Of a DNA stretch of 43,117 nt, positions 18,627-28,092 are shown in pieces. The first letter of the stretch is position 1. Each line of letters starts with the position of its first letter. The notes beneath the pieces were generated by a model that was not told the DNA's origin, did no database searches, and saw only the letters and a program-made list of their open reading frames with translations. The stretch lies in NCBI GenBank assembly GCA_016927185.1, contig JAFGND010000043.1, positions 1-43,117 on the forward strand, given 5' to 3'. This DNA is from Candidatus Coatesbacteria bacterium. GTDB taxonomy: Bacteria; JAFGND01. A program made the translations under genes and the position numbers.

Positions 18627-18759
18627 CATATATCATATAAATAAAAACTAGAATTTTTAAAATTTTAAAGTTGAAAAAAATAGTCTTTATTTCGTAATTT
18701 TTTCACACTATGTAAAAATAACTCCCAATAATTGGTTATTTTTTCATATATCATATAAA
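18627..18759. repeat. 15-bp direct repeat CATATATCATATAAA, two copies
   Basis: Exact copies at 18627-18641 and 18745-18759. Confidence 0.7.
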
Positions 18760-18839
18760 ACTATTAATTTATTAAATTTTTATCTTGACTAAATAATGCC
18801 ATTAATTTTAAGTGCTACAATTAAACAAAAGGGGGAAAA

Positions 18840-19061
18840 ATGAAACAGGAAAAATTCACTGAAATTGCAAAGGGAGTCTGGCAAACCATTGTTGATACAG
18901 CAATAATGACTGCAATTGCCACTGAGAATGTAATCAGAGATGCGGTAAAAAATCTGTGTGATTTCTTTGATATCTTGAATGATTCAAATATCAAGCAATT
19001 GAATGTACCTACTGCTTTGGAAAAGGAGCCTGTGAAGATCAATAAAGAAAGCAAAGGTTGA
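18840..19061 (+). CDS. Small hypothetical protein upstream of the integrase
   Basis: 73 aa, SD AGGGGG, extended -10 TGCTACAAT at 18813-18821. Confidence 0.6.
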   Translation: MKQEKFTEIAKGVWQTIVDTAIMTAIATENVIRDAVKNLCDFFDILNDSNIKQLNVPTALEKEPVKINKESKG

Positions 19062-19119
19062 TAAATAATAGCTGAATTGATCAATTGTCTTTAACTTAAT
19101 CTTTTAGAAGGAGGAAATC

Positions 19120-20685
19120 ATGGATTCGAATGATTTATTGAGATCAGCAGTTATTTATTGTCGAGTTAGTTCCTCTCGTCAGGAGAAAGAAGGCTATTCA
19201 ATTCCTGCCCAGGAGAAGTTGCTCATAGAATATGCTCTAAAGAATAATATAAAAGTTGTTAAAACATTCAAGGAAGCAGAATCAGCAAAAGAATCAGGCA
19301 GAAAGTGCTTCAATGAGATGGTTAGGTTTTTGAAAGAAGAGAAGGAAAAGAAAAGTGACGACAGGTGCAGAAGCATATTGGTTGAGAAAGAAGACAGACT
19401 GACAAGGAATTTTAAGGACATTGTTACTTTGGATGATCTTGACCTGGATCTTTATTTTGTTAAAGAGAATATTTGTATTAGTAAGAACTCATCATCACAG
19501 CAGAAATTAATTCATGGTTTCAAGGTATTATTAGCAAAGAACTATTCTGACAATCTGAGAGAAGAAACTCAGAAGGGAATGTTGGAAAAAGCAAGACAAG
19601 GATATTATCCCTCTGCCGCTCCTATCGGCTATAAAAATGTAACGATTGACGGAAAAAAGGAAATTATAGTTGATGAGAAAAATAGAAGCTTTATTGAGAG
19701 ATTATTTGAACTTTATGCTACAGGTGAATATTCTATTACTGTAATCAGAGAAAAACTAGTAAGAGAAGGACAAGGAATAACTAAAAAAAGCAATAAAGTA
19801 GTAAGAAGCAGGATACATGCCACTCTAAGAAACCCATTTTATTATGGAGATTTCATGTGGAAGGGGATTTATTATGAGGGGAAACATGAACCGATTATCT
19901 CAAGAGAATTATTTAATAAGGTTCAGGAGGTTCTATCAGGTAAAGGAAGACCTAGAAAGCGAGTTCATGACTTCACTTTTAAGGGACTTCTTAGATGCGG
20001 ACATTGTGGTTGCAGATTAGTTGGTTATCTTGCTAAAGGCAAATATATTTATTATCATTGCAACCGGAGCAAAGCTATATGTAATGAAAAATATGTCAGT
20101 GAGCAAGAAATGGACAAACAATTCATGGAAGATCTGAAGTATTTTAAAATGAGTAATGAAACAATAGAACATTTAAGAAACGCCCTTAATGAAAGCCACC
20201 AAGAAGAAAAACTCTATTTTGAATCTTGTATGAATAACCTTGATCAAGAAATAAAGAATCTTAGAAAAAAACTTTCCATAGCATATGAAGATAGAGTGAA
20301 TGGGATAATAACTGCTGAAGAATATGTACAGATGAGTAACGCATGGAAGATGAGATTATCTGAAGTTTCCGAAGAAATTGATAGACATGACAAAGCTAAT
20401 ATTGGTTATTATGAAGATGGGGAAAGAATACTAGAACTCGCTCAAAACGCTGTATTAATCTATTTTAAGATGAATTCTGAAGAAAAAAGAAAACTCTTGA
20501 ATCTGGTTTACTCGAACTGCTTCTGGAAAGACGGAAAAATGATTCCTCAATATCGCCAACCTTTTGATATACTTATAGATATGAATAAGAAAAAAAATCA
20601 AATGAAAGGTCAAAAAAGGCTAAAAATTGATAAAATCGATAGGAGTTACCCCTGGCGGGATTTGAACCTGCGACCGACGGATTAG
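19120..20685 (+). CDS. Large serine recombinase (integrase)
   Basis: YCRVSS catalytic Ser, DRLTR, recombinase domain, CGHCG...YYHC...C zinc ribbon, coiled coil; SD AGGAGG. Confidence 0.95.
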   Translation: MDSNDLLRSAVIYCRVSSSRQEKEGYSIPAQEKLLIEYALKNNIKVVKTFKEAESAKESGRKCFNEMVRFLKEEKEKKSDDRCRSILVEKEDRLTRNFKDIVTLDDLDLDLYFVKENICISKNSSSQQKLIHGFKVLLAKNYSDNLREETQKGMLEKARQGYYPSAAPIGYKNVTIDGKKEIIVDEKNRSFIERLFELYATGEYSITVIREKLVREGQGITKKSNKVVRSRIHATLRNPFYYGDFMWKGIYYEGKHEPIISRELFNKVQEVLSGKGRPRKRVHDFTFKGLLRCGHCGCRLVGYLAKGKYIYYHCNRSKAICNEKYVSEQEMDKQFMEDLKYFKMSNETIEHLRNALNESHQEEKLYFESCMNNLDQEIKNLRKKLSIAYEDRVNGIITAEEYVQMSNAWKMRLSEVSEEIDRHDKANIGYYEDGERILELAQNAVLIYFKMNSEEKRKLLNLVYSNCFWKDGKMIPQYRQPFDILIDMNKKKNQMKGQKRLKIDKIDRSYPWRDLNLRPTD

Positions 20686-20721
20686 GAATCCGGCGCTCTA
20701 TCCATACTGAGCTACAGGGGC
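20647..20721 (-). tRNA. tRNA-Arg (anticodon CCT), CCA not encoded
   Basis: Reverse complement folds as a cloverleaf: GCCCCTG/CAGGGGT acceptor, GCTC/GAGC D-stem, TTCCTAA loop, TTCAAAT T-loop. Confidence 0.93.
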
Positions 20722-20728
20722 AAAAAAA

Positions 20729-21733
20729 CTATGCCTTCAGGAGCGTTATTGCTCCAAGACTTATTATATCATTTACACTGCATCCGCGAGATAAATCATT
20801 ACATGGTTTTGCAAAACCTTGCATTATAGGACCTATTGCTTCTGCAGAAGCTAGCCTCTGAACCAGCTTGTATCCAATATTAGCAGAACCTAAATCAGGA
20901 AATATCAACATATTAGCTTGTCCAGCTACTGGCGATCCCGGACACTTCTTCTGACCGACCTTTGCAACAAGTGCTGCATCCGCCTGCATTTCACCATCTA
21001 TTACCAAGTCAGGCATCTTCTCTTTTGCAAGTCTCGTTGCTTCAATCACTTTGTCTGCCAGAGGATGCTGGGCACTACCTTTTGTTGAAAATGAAAGCAT
21101 TGCAACTTTGGGAATATCTCCAAGCAATTCTATGCGTGTTTGTGCGCTCAAGACGGCTATATCTGCAAGATCCTCAGCTGTAGGATCTGGTTGCACAGCG
21201 CAATCAGAAAAACCAATAATGCGACCATCAGTAAGGAACATAAGAATCGTGCTTGAAATCTTTTTGACACCTGGCTTGGTTCCGATAACCTGCAGTCCTG
21301 CGCGTATTACGTCACCAGTTGCATGTTCAGCTCCGGCAAGTGAGCCATCAGCAAGTCCCTTTTCTACCATCATTGCTCCAAAATATAAGGGATCAAGCAT
21401 GATTTCTCTTGCCTGCTCCATTTTCAAATTGAATGGCTTATTCTTTTTCTCTGCTGCACTTTTCTGCTTGTTGAAATAAGTATCCAGGTATTCATCCAGA
21501 TCAGGCGATTTGAATGGATCAATTACTGGAATTCCTGAAATATCTATTTTCAATTCTCTTGCTTTAGCTTTTATCTTTTCTTCATTTTCAATAAGAGTTA
21601 CTTTCCAGCCACCAGTTTTCGTCATTTCAAAAGCTGCCTGAATCATTCTTTCGTCCAGTCCTTCAGGAAGAACCAGATGTCTTCCCAGATCCTGAGCTTT
21701 CTTCTTGAATTGTTCTAATACATCAAGATTCAT
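20729..21733 (-). CDS. pta: Phosphate acetyltransferase
   Basis: VLPEG, FSDCAV, VAMLSFSTKGS, DGEMQADAA, ANIGYK, NDLSRGCS. Confidence 0.95.
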   Translation of the reverse strand: MNLDVLEQFKKKAQDLGRHLVLPEGLDERMIQAAFEMTKTGGWKVTLIENEEKIKAKARELKIDISGIPVIDPFKSPDLDEYLDTYFNKQKSAAEKKNKPFNLKMEQAREIMLDPLYFGAMMVEKGLADGSLAGAEHATGDVIRAGLQVIGTKPGVKKISSTILMFLTDGRIIGFSDCAVQPDPTAEDLADIAVLSAQTRIELLGDIPKVAMLSFSTKGSAQHPLADKVIEATRLAKEKMPDLVIDGEMQADAALVAKVGQKKCPGSPVAGQANMLIFPDLGSANIGYKLVQRLASAEAIGPIMQGFAKPCNDLSRGCSVNDIISLGAITLLKA

Positions 21734-21764
21734 ATGCCTCCTTTATTTTGGCTGCCAGATTTCC

Positions 21765-22520
21765 TCAAACAGCTTTTTCATTCAATCTTTCAACAGCCAG
21801 TTTACAGTATTCTTCATCTATTTCTATTCCTATTGCTTTTCTTCCAAGATGTCTTGCTGCTAGCAGTGTTGTTCCACTACCCATAAATGGGTCAAGTATT
21901 AAATCATCAGTAAAGCTGAACAACTTGATGCAGCGATAGGGAAGTTCCATGGAGAATGATACTGGATGAGCAGTTTTCCTGTTGACTTCTTCAGGAAATG
22001 ACCATATTCCATTTGTCCATTCATTGAACTCTTCCTCAGAAATATCTGAGCATCCCTTGCCGCTTTTCTTCCATTTCTCCTTGTACAGGACAACAATAAG
22101 CTCAACTGGTGAAATAATGCGAGGAGCAGAAATATCCATGACAGGAACTGCTTTATTTTTCGGGATATCACCTTCTTGCAAGATTATTGTACTGTGATAC
22201 TTGAATCCTGTCTTTTTTGCAATCGCAGTCAAGTCAGCTCCAACACTCTGTTTACCGTTGTTGTTCTTTTCCAGAGGGATATTGAGACAGAATCTTCCAT
22301 CCTCCTTAAGCCATTTATGGAAGCAGGAAAGCCAGTTTTCACACAGGAATAAATATTTGGAATAATCCATATTATCATCGTGCGAATCATATTTTATGTC
22401 TATGTCAAAAGGAGGGGAGGTTATTATAAGGTCTATTGAGTCATCAACAATACTCTCCGTAATGAAGATATTTTCATTGTAGATTCTAATATCTTCAGTC
22501 TCATAATATGATTTATCCAT
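21765..22520 (-). CDS. Orphan beta-class N4/N6 DNA methyltransferase, diverged
   Basis: ITSPPF (motif IV) precedes LDPFMGSGTT (motif I); start ATG 22520 assumed. Confidence 0.85.
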   Translation of the reverse strand: MDKSYYETEDIRIYNENIFITESIVDDSIDLIITSPPFDIDIKYDSHDDNMDYSKYLFLCENWLSCFHKWLKEDGRFCLNIPLEKNNNGKQSVGADLTAIAKKTGFKYHSTIILQEGDIPKNKAVPVMDISAPRIISPVELIVVLYKEKWKKSGKGCSDISEEEFNEWTNGIWSFPEEVNRKTAHPVSFSMELPYRCIKLFSFTDDLILDPFMGSGTTLLAARHLGRKAIGIEIDEEYCKLAVERLNEKAV

Positions 22521-22527
22521 GATAATC

Positions 22528-22551
22528 AAGAGGCAGCTGTTGCTGCCCCTC
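22528..22551 (-). terminator. Hairpin right after the secF stop codon
   Basis: Minus strand GAGGGGCAGC-AACA-GCTGCCTCTT; weak U-tract. Confidence 0.4.
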
Positions 22552-22552
22552 T

Positions 22553-23668
22553 TTAATTTCTTCCCTTTCTCTTCTTTTTCTTCTGCTGTGAGATTTTCTT
22601 TGAAGTTCCTTCATCAGTACTTTCTTCCTGCATTTCCTCTTCTGTTTCGTCAAGCTCGCCTTCTGCAATTTTTGCTTCTCTCTCCAATACAGGAGAAGCA
22701 GGCTTTTCTATCTGTCTGCTACCCTCTGCAGCAATACGTCTCTTTTTTGCTACTGCCTGATCCCAGAAAAAGACAATTGGTGTTGCAACAAAAATAGATG
22801 AATAAGTTCCGAAAAATATTCCTATTAATAGTGCAGCTGCGAAATCCCTTATTGTTTCCCCGCCAAAAATCAAAAGAACTATCACTACAAGGAGCGTAGT
22901 TAATGCGGTATTTATGGTTCTGGATAAAGTACTGTTCACACCTTTGTTCATTATTTCAGCGATTCGATCAATGCTTATTACTGAGCTAGAAAAATCGGAA
23001 CGTTTCGGCAAGTATTCTATTATCCTGCTGAAAACAACGATTGTATCATTTATAGAGTATCCAACTATTGTTAGCAGTGCTGCAACGACACTCAGTGATA
23101 TCTCAAGACTGGTGAAAGGCTTTAGTAAATAAAACACTCCCAGTACGCATAATACATCATGGAAAAGTGCTATTACACCTGCTATTCCATATTTCAAATC
23201 CATTCTCCACCAGAGATATGCAATAATTGACAGCAATGATAGCAGAACTGAAATAGTTGCTGCTTGTTTCAATTCAGAACCAACTTTAGGACCTACTATG
23301 TTGGTGTAAAAAATCTTGTAATCTCCAAATTTCTCAAGAGCAGCAGACATATCCTTTTTTGCATTTTCAGTTTCCGATCCCAAAAATCTCACTGTATATT
23401 GCGTTGTGTATTCACTTTCTTCAGATGAGGAAATTATCCTCTGTATTTCAGCTCCGCTGAACTTGTCAGATAGGGTACTCCTGAATTCTTCTATTGAAAC
23501 CTGTTTCTTGAAACCTATTTTCATTACGATTCCACCTTTGAAATCGATGCTCAATCTTGGTCCAAGCAAAAGGCTTATTATTCCTATTGTAACCATGATC
23601 CCGGAAATTACTAAAGCTATATATCTTTTTCCAATGAAATCATAATTTGCGTTTTCAAACCAATGCAT
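22553..23668 (-). CDS. secF: Protein translocase subunit SecF
   Basis: IDFKGG, VGPKVG.EL, HDV, GYSINDTIVVF, GTYSSIFVA; ATG 23668 best spaced from SD. Confidence 0.96.
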   Translation of the reverse strand: MHWFENANYDFIGKRYIALVISGIMVTIGIISLLLGPRLSIDFKGGIVMKIGFKKQVSIEEFRSTLSDKFSGAEIQRIISSSEESEYTTQYTVRFLGSETENAKKDMSAALEKFGDYKIFYTNIVGPKVGSELKQAATISVLLSLLSIIAYLWWRMDLKYGIAGVIALFHDVLCVLGVFYLLKPFTSLEISLSVVAALLTIVGYSINDTIVVFSRIIEYLPKRSDFSSSVISIDRIAEIMNKGVNSTLSRTINTALTTLLVVIVLLIFGGETIRDFAAALLIGIFFGTYSSIFVATPIVFFWDQAVAKKRRIAAEGSRQIEKPASPVLEREAKIAEGELDETEEEMQEESTDEGTSKKISQQKKKKRKGRN

Positions 23669-23680
23669 CTTTCTCACTCC

Positions 23681-25405
23681 TTACTCTACAGCTATTTCTT
23701 TACCCCATGAATGCAGTTGAGCAAATGTTGCTCTTGACATATATACTGCGGTAAAGAAACTGGCTAAAATACCAATGCCCATTGTAATGGCAAATCCTCT
23801 TATTGGACCTGTTCCGAATTTGTACAATATCAATGCAGCAATTAATGTGGTTATGTTTGAATCAAAAATAACCTGAAAGGCATTTTCAAAACCATATCTT
23901 GCTGATCTGAATGCAGATCTCTTTCCACCTGTGTTAGTTGCCTTTTCTTCGTACATCCTTTCGAAAATAATCACATTCGCATCAACTGCCATACCAATAG
24001 TCAATATGATACCTGCGATACCTGGAAGAGTAAGTGTTGCATGGAATCCTGCAAGTGCCATTAAGGTAATCAGGATGTTGAAAATCAAACATCCCATTGC
24101 AATAAGACCGGGTACCTTGTAATACCAGAACATGAATATGAAGACTAGTACAAAACCTATAATACCAGCAGTAATACCTCCCCTTATTGCATCTTTTCCG
24201 AGGGTTGGTCCTACGAATTCCTCAGAATCAATTTTCATTGGAACCGTAAGCTGACCTGCTCTAAGTACAATAGCAAGATCTCTTGCCTCATCATAACTGA
24301 AGCTTCCAGTTATCTGTCCTCTTCTTGTAATCCTGCTTTGTACTGAAGGAGCACTTTGAACAATACCATCAAGTACTATTGCTAGCTGTCTTCCAATATT
24401 CCTTCCTGTAATATCACCGAATTGCTTGGAGCCGCTTGTCGTAAGTTCGAAATCCACTGCATAGGAGCCAATTCTATCCCTTCCTATGCTGGCACCAGCA
24501 ATTTGACCTCCCTCCATCAGTGGTATTACCTTGTTATTCGCATCTCTCTTGGCTTCAAGAATTAAGAGATTCCTGAATCTTCTTCCACCTTCTGATGTTG
24601 TAGTCTGACCCCAATGCCAGACAAGCTGTCTTTTCTCGAATATCTTGTCTACTCCTTGGAGTGAAAGAAGCTTTGATACCTTGGCAGTATCTGAAACATC
24701 AACTTCGGTTTGTCTTGCCAGGAGATCACCGAGGGTATATTCCAGTTTATCTGTTTTCTGATCCTTTTCAATAGCTTTGTTCAAAGCCTTGCTTGTTGTG
24801 TCAGTTTTTGCTGAAGAATCTTTTTTAGCTGTTTCTGTTACAGTTTTCCTGGATTGTTTTATCAAATTATCTACTTCCTCTATAAGAGCTTGTATTTCTT
24901 CAGGTTTGGCTACCAGCTTGAATTCAAGGAAAGCTGGTTTTGTAATTACATTTGTTGTTCTTTCTTTTTCGGATACACCAGGGAGCTCAACAATAATCCT
25001 GTCAGAGCCTGCTTTCTGTATAACTGGTTCCATCAAACCTAATGCATCTATCCTGTTTCTCATCACTTCCAGCTGTTTCTCAAGCTCATCTCCCAGCTTA
25101 GATGGATCTCTTCCTTGTTCCTTTAGTTTCTCTTTATCAAGCTCCAGAACCAGTCTTAGACCACCCTGAAGATCCAGTCCTAAAGAAAGTTTCTTTTTTC
25201 TCAAGGACAGCAGTTCCTCATTTTGTACATCACTGGTTCTCATCAAATCACGCTGTTCTTCAGTCATGGAATAGTACTTGATGCTGGGATACAAAGTCCA
25301 TACTGAAAGAGCCAAAATAAGTGCTGCAACTATCCATGTTAGCCTGCTTGCACTATAGTAACTCGCCCAGTCGGTTACGCCCTCACTTTTAACTATTTTT
25401 GCCAT
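23681..25405 (-). CDS. secD: Protein translocase subunit SecD
   Basis: LGLDLQGG, RIIVELPG, LAIVLDG, GMAVDANVIIFER, GPIRGFA. Confidence 0.97.
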   Translation of the reverse strand: MAKIVKSEGVTDWASYYSASRLTWIVAALILALSVWTLYPSIKYYSMTEEQRDLMRTSDVQNEELLSLRKKKLSLGLDLQGGLRLVLELDKEKLKEQGRDPSKLGDELEKQLEVMRNRIDALGLMEPVIQKAGSDRIIVELPGVSEKERTTNVITKPAFLEFKLVAKPEEIQALIEEVDNLIKQSRKTVTETAKKDSSAKTDTTSKALNKAIEKDQKTDKLEYTLGDLLARQTEVDVSDTAKVSKLLSLQGVDKIFEKRQLVWHWGQTTTSEGGRRFRNLLILEAKRDANNKVIPLMEGGQIAGASIGRDRIGSYAVDFELTTSGSKQFGDITGRNIGRQLAIVLDGIVQSAPSVQSRITRRGQITGSFSYDEARDLAIVLRAGQLTVPMKIDSEEFVGPTLGKDAIRGGITAGIIGFVLVFIFMFWYYKVPGLIAMGCLIFNILITLMALAGFHATLTLPGIAGIILTIGMAVDANVIIFERMYEEKATNTGGKRSAFRSARYGFENAFQVIFDSNITTLIAALILYKFGTGPIRGFAITMGIGILASFFTAVYMSRATFAQLHSWGKEIAVE

Positions 25406-25464
25406 TTAATATTCCCTTTCTTTTATGTACTATGAAATTCCAACAGTTGAAAGACTTAAAAAGA

Positions 25465-26001
25465 CTATGTAGATACTCCAAATAATCTGATGACTCTAGT
25501 TGTCTCTTTAATCTTGATTTTGACATATATTGTTGACTTGCCGGTTTGATAATTTCTGAATTCTTTTGAGTAAATAATCTGTCCTCCATATCTGGATATT
25601 TCCTTGCTCAGCTCCCATTGGCAGATTGATAATGGATGCCCAGATTTCAACGAAATATAATAATCAGCCTCTTCAATATTATTCTTTATTATTTTCTTTT
25701 TATGGCTCGAGAATAATTTAGGTTTAACCATTTTTTCAAGATTGGATTTTTCCCAGACTTTTTCTGATGAAGAAAATCTTGATAAAAATCTTATTATCAA
25801 TGTATCAGGTGGTATTGTAAGTTTCGCAACAGGTTCAGAAATTGGTATTTCAGGAATGCCAAGCGGTGCTTTTGGGATACTGCTTTCATGTTCCTTGATG
25901 CTGATATTTGTTTTCAAGGGGAGATTTCTCTCATAAACCCCAAGGAAAACTATACCAAATGAACAAATAACCAGAAGTAAGAAAAAACCAATTTTATTCA
26001 C
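25465..26001 (-). CDS. Hypothetical membrane-anchored protein
   Basis: N-terminal hydrophobic helix; tightly packed behind the upstream lipoprotein gene. Confidence 0.6.
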   Translation of the reverse strand: MNKIGFFLLLVICSFGIVFLGVYERNLPLKTNISIKEHESSIPKAPLGIPEIPISEPVAKLTIPPDTLIIRFLSRFSSSEKVWEKSNLEKMVKPKLFSSHKKKIIKNNIEEADYYISLKSGHPLSICQWELSKEISRYGGQIIYSKEFRNYQTGKSTIYVKIKIKETTRVIRLFGVST

Positions 26002-26003
26002 AA

Positions 26004-26654
26004 TTATTCAGTACTATTCTCCTTGAAGGATTTTACATGCCAGCCTACCACACTAATTTCACTTCGAGTTGCTTTTACAGGAATGACTAAGCCTTTCTTA
26101 TAAGTATAACCAGATGATTGTGATTGATCATCCCAGCGCACTATTTCCCATAAACCACTTGTAGAGTTTTTTCTTAATGCAAACTCAGCTTGACCGAATG
26201 CAGCATAGCCATATCCAGGATTGTCTTTCAAGTATAAAGTCAAATCAAATCGTTTATTAAAAATCCTCAAAACCTCACCATTTTCTTCCTGATCATGTCC
26301 ATCAGGGTCATCATAGTAATTCAGGATAATACTGCTGGAACTGGTAAACATCTTCTTTGTTAATTCTATTTCAGTTGTCTTGCCCCATTCTGTTATCATT
26401 TCATTGTTTTCATCTTCAAACCAGTCTGTTGGAAGCAGTTTGAAAGTAAAATCACTTGCAAGACACTCTTCATATTTCTTTATGTCAAGATTAATATATG
26501 CCTGACGCATATATTCCATGCAGTTTTTTGCCTCTTTCCTGTCAGCAGGTGGAGTATCTTCATTAGGTGTATCTTCATCCGGATCAAATGGATTCCAGCA
26601 GCTGAAACTCATCGAAACCATAATCAGAAATATGCATATATATAACTTTTTCAT
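26004..26654 (-). CDS. Lipoprotein, possible NTF2/SnoaL-like fold (paralog 1)
   Basis: FSCWNPF lipobox; YEECLA.DF.F and WEIVRWDD. Confidence 0.75.
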   Translation of the reverse strand: MKKLYICIFLIMVSMSFSCWNPFDPDEDTPNEDTPPADRKEAKNCMEYMRQAYINLDIKKYEECLASDFTFKLLPTDWFEDENNEMITEWGKTTEIELTKKMFTSSSSIILNYYDDPDGHDQEENGEVLRIFNKRFDLTLYLKDNPGYGYAAFGQAEFALRKNSTSGLWEIVRWDDQSQSSGYTYKKGLVIPVKATRSEISVVGWHVKSFKENSTE

Positions 26655-26721
26655 TTTTTCTCCTTGATTTTAAAATAGCATGTAAGTGTTTAAAACAAAT
26701 TCTGTCAACAAAAATGTGACA

Positions 26722-27366
26722 TTAAATTATTCTTGTCCTTTGCTTTTCCTTTCTTATAAATCTTACATCTTTTTTTATTTTCAAAGTATTTTGAAAAAAA
26801 TCATTCTTTTTCTTTGCTGAGCATCCATTAGTTGAGGAATTATCATCCCATCTAACTATCTCCCATAATTCTGTTGTCTTGTTCTTCCTCATATAAAAAG
26901 TTGCCTGTCCAGTAGCTGAATAGATTTCTCCGGTATCATCTATATTCAACGTAAGATCAAAGCTCTTGTTGAAAACTCTAAGTACTTCTCCATTTGATTG
27001 TTCTTCATCATGTCCATAAGGATCTGCATAGAATTCCAATGTAATGCTGCTGGCACTTTCAAAAAGACAGGTTGTGAGATCTATTTCAGTTGTCCTACCC
27101 CAATATTTTGTAGTATCTCCTGCTTCCTGGAACCAGTCATCTGGAAGCAAATAGAATTTGAAATCCTCAGCAAGGCATTCTTCGTATTTTTTTATATCCA
27201 GATTGGAATAAGCCTGTCTCATGTATTCAAGACATCTTGCTGCATCCTTTCTGTCAGCTGGAGGAGTATTCTGATCAGGTGGCTCCTCATCCGGTTTGAA
27301 TGGATTCCAACAATTGATAAATAGCATAGCTATTATCACAAAAAATAGTCTATTGATGTGCTTCAT
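26722..27366 (-). CDS. Lipoprotein, possible NTF2/SnoaL-like fold (paralog 2)
   Basis: INCWNPF; same motifs as the neighbour; ATG 27366 assumed. Confidence 0.75.
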   Translation of the reverse strand: MKHINRLFFVIIAMLFINCWNPFKPDEEPPDQNTPPADRKDAARCLEYMRQAYSNLDIKKYEECLAEDFKFYLLPDDWFQEAGDTTKYWGRTTEIDLTTCLFESASSITLEFYADPYGHDEEQSNGEVLRVFNKSFDLTLNIDDTGEIYSATGQATFYMRKNKTTELWEIVRWDDNSSTNGCSAKKKNDFFQNTLKIKKDVRFIRKEKQRTRII

Positions 27367-27447
27367 ATATATCAATAAATCGTGCAATTATAGTAAGAAA
27401 GTATTGCGTTTTTGTCAATAGGATTTTTTCTGAGGTCAAATTATAGG

Positions 27448-28092
27448 TCAGGGAAAAAGCATGGGGATGAAAATATTACTTTCCTTTTCAAGAGGAGTAG
27501 CTCCACTTTCTTCAAGTTTCCTCCTTATATATCTTAAATTAGCTATTGCCAGGTCATTCTTTGCTTTGTATTCTGGCAGGAGCAACAGACATCTCTGGAG
27601 TTCATCAGTTGATGGTTCAAGATAGCCCAGAAACTTGTCCTTGAAATCCTTATTCAGATCATTTAAAAGCTCATTTCCCCTGTCAATAAGCATTTCATGG
27701 AATCGCCTTTGTGCACTGATATTTGATAGCAGTATATGGCACATAAGATTTGCTTCATCAATAAGTTTCTTGTCTTTTTTGTCTTTTTCAAGAATTCCGC
27801 TTTTCTCTACTCTGTTAATGAAGAAATCTGAAACATAAACCATCGTAAAATATTTCGATACTTGCTTGAAATAATCTTCATATTTCTTGAGAGGAACTAC
27901 AAGAAATGTGCCACCAGTTAATCCCTCTTTTCTGCGTTTCCTTATATCCTTATTCTTCCAATAGTCATATTCACCGTTTTCATATTTCGCTAGTTCATCA
28001 TCTATTGTACTCAGTTTTATTGCCTCTCTTTTTGTAAAACAGGATATGCAGAGAAAGCAGACAAAGACTAAAACAATTTTTCTTAATAACAT
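27448..28092 (-). CDS. Hypothetical lipoprotein
   Basis: Signal peptide ending in ISC; helical charged body. Confidence 0.65.
   Translation of the reverse strand: MLLRKIVLVFVCFLCISCFTKREAIKLSTIDDELAKYENGEYDYWKNKDIRKRRKEGLTGGTFLVVPLKKYEDYFKQVSKYFTMVYVSDFFINRVEKSGILEKDKKDKKLIDEANLMCHILLSNISAQRRFHEMLIDRGNELLNDLNKDFKDKFLGYLEPSTDELQRCLLLLPEYKAKNDLAIANLRYIRRKLEESGATPLEKESNIFIPMLFP

Larger units (their letters stand above)
1..20666. mobile_element. Integrated genomic island / integrative element inserted at tRNA-Arg(CCT); left boundary outside window
   Basis: Large serine recombinase overlapping the tRNA 3' end; all convincing CDS on + strand; primase, ParB-like, phage-type initiator, tyrosine recombinase and defence-type genes; housekeeping genes begin right after the tRNA. 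Confidence 0.85.
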
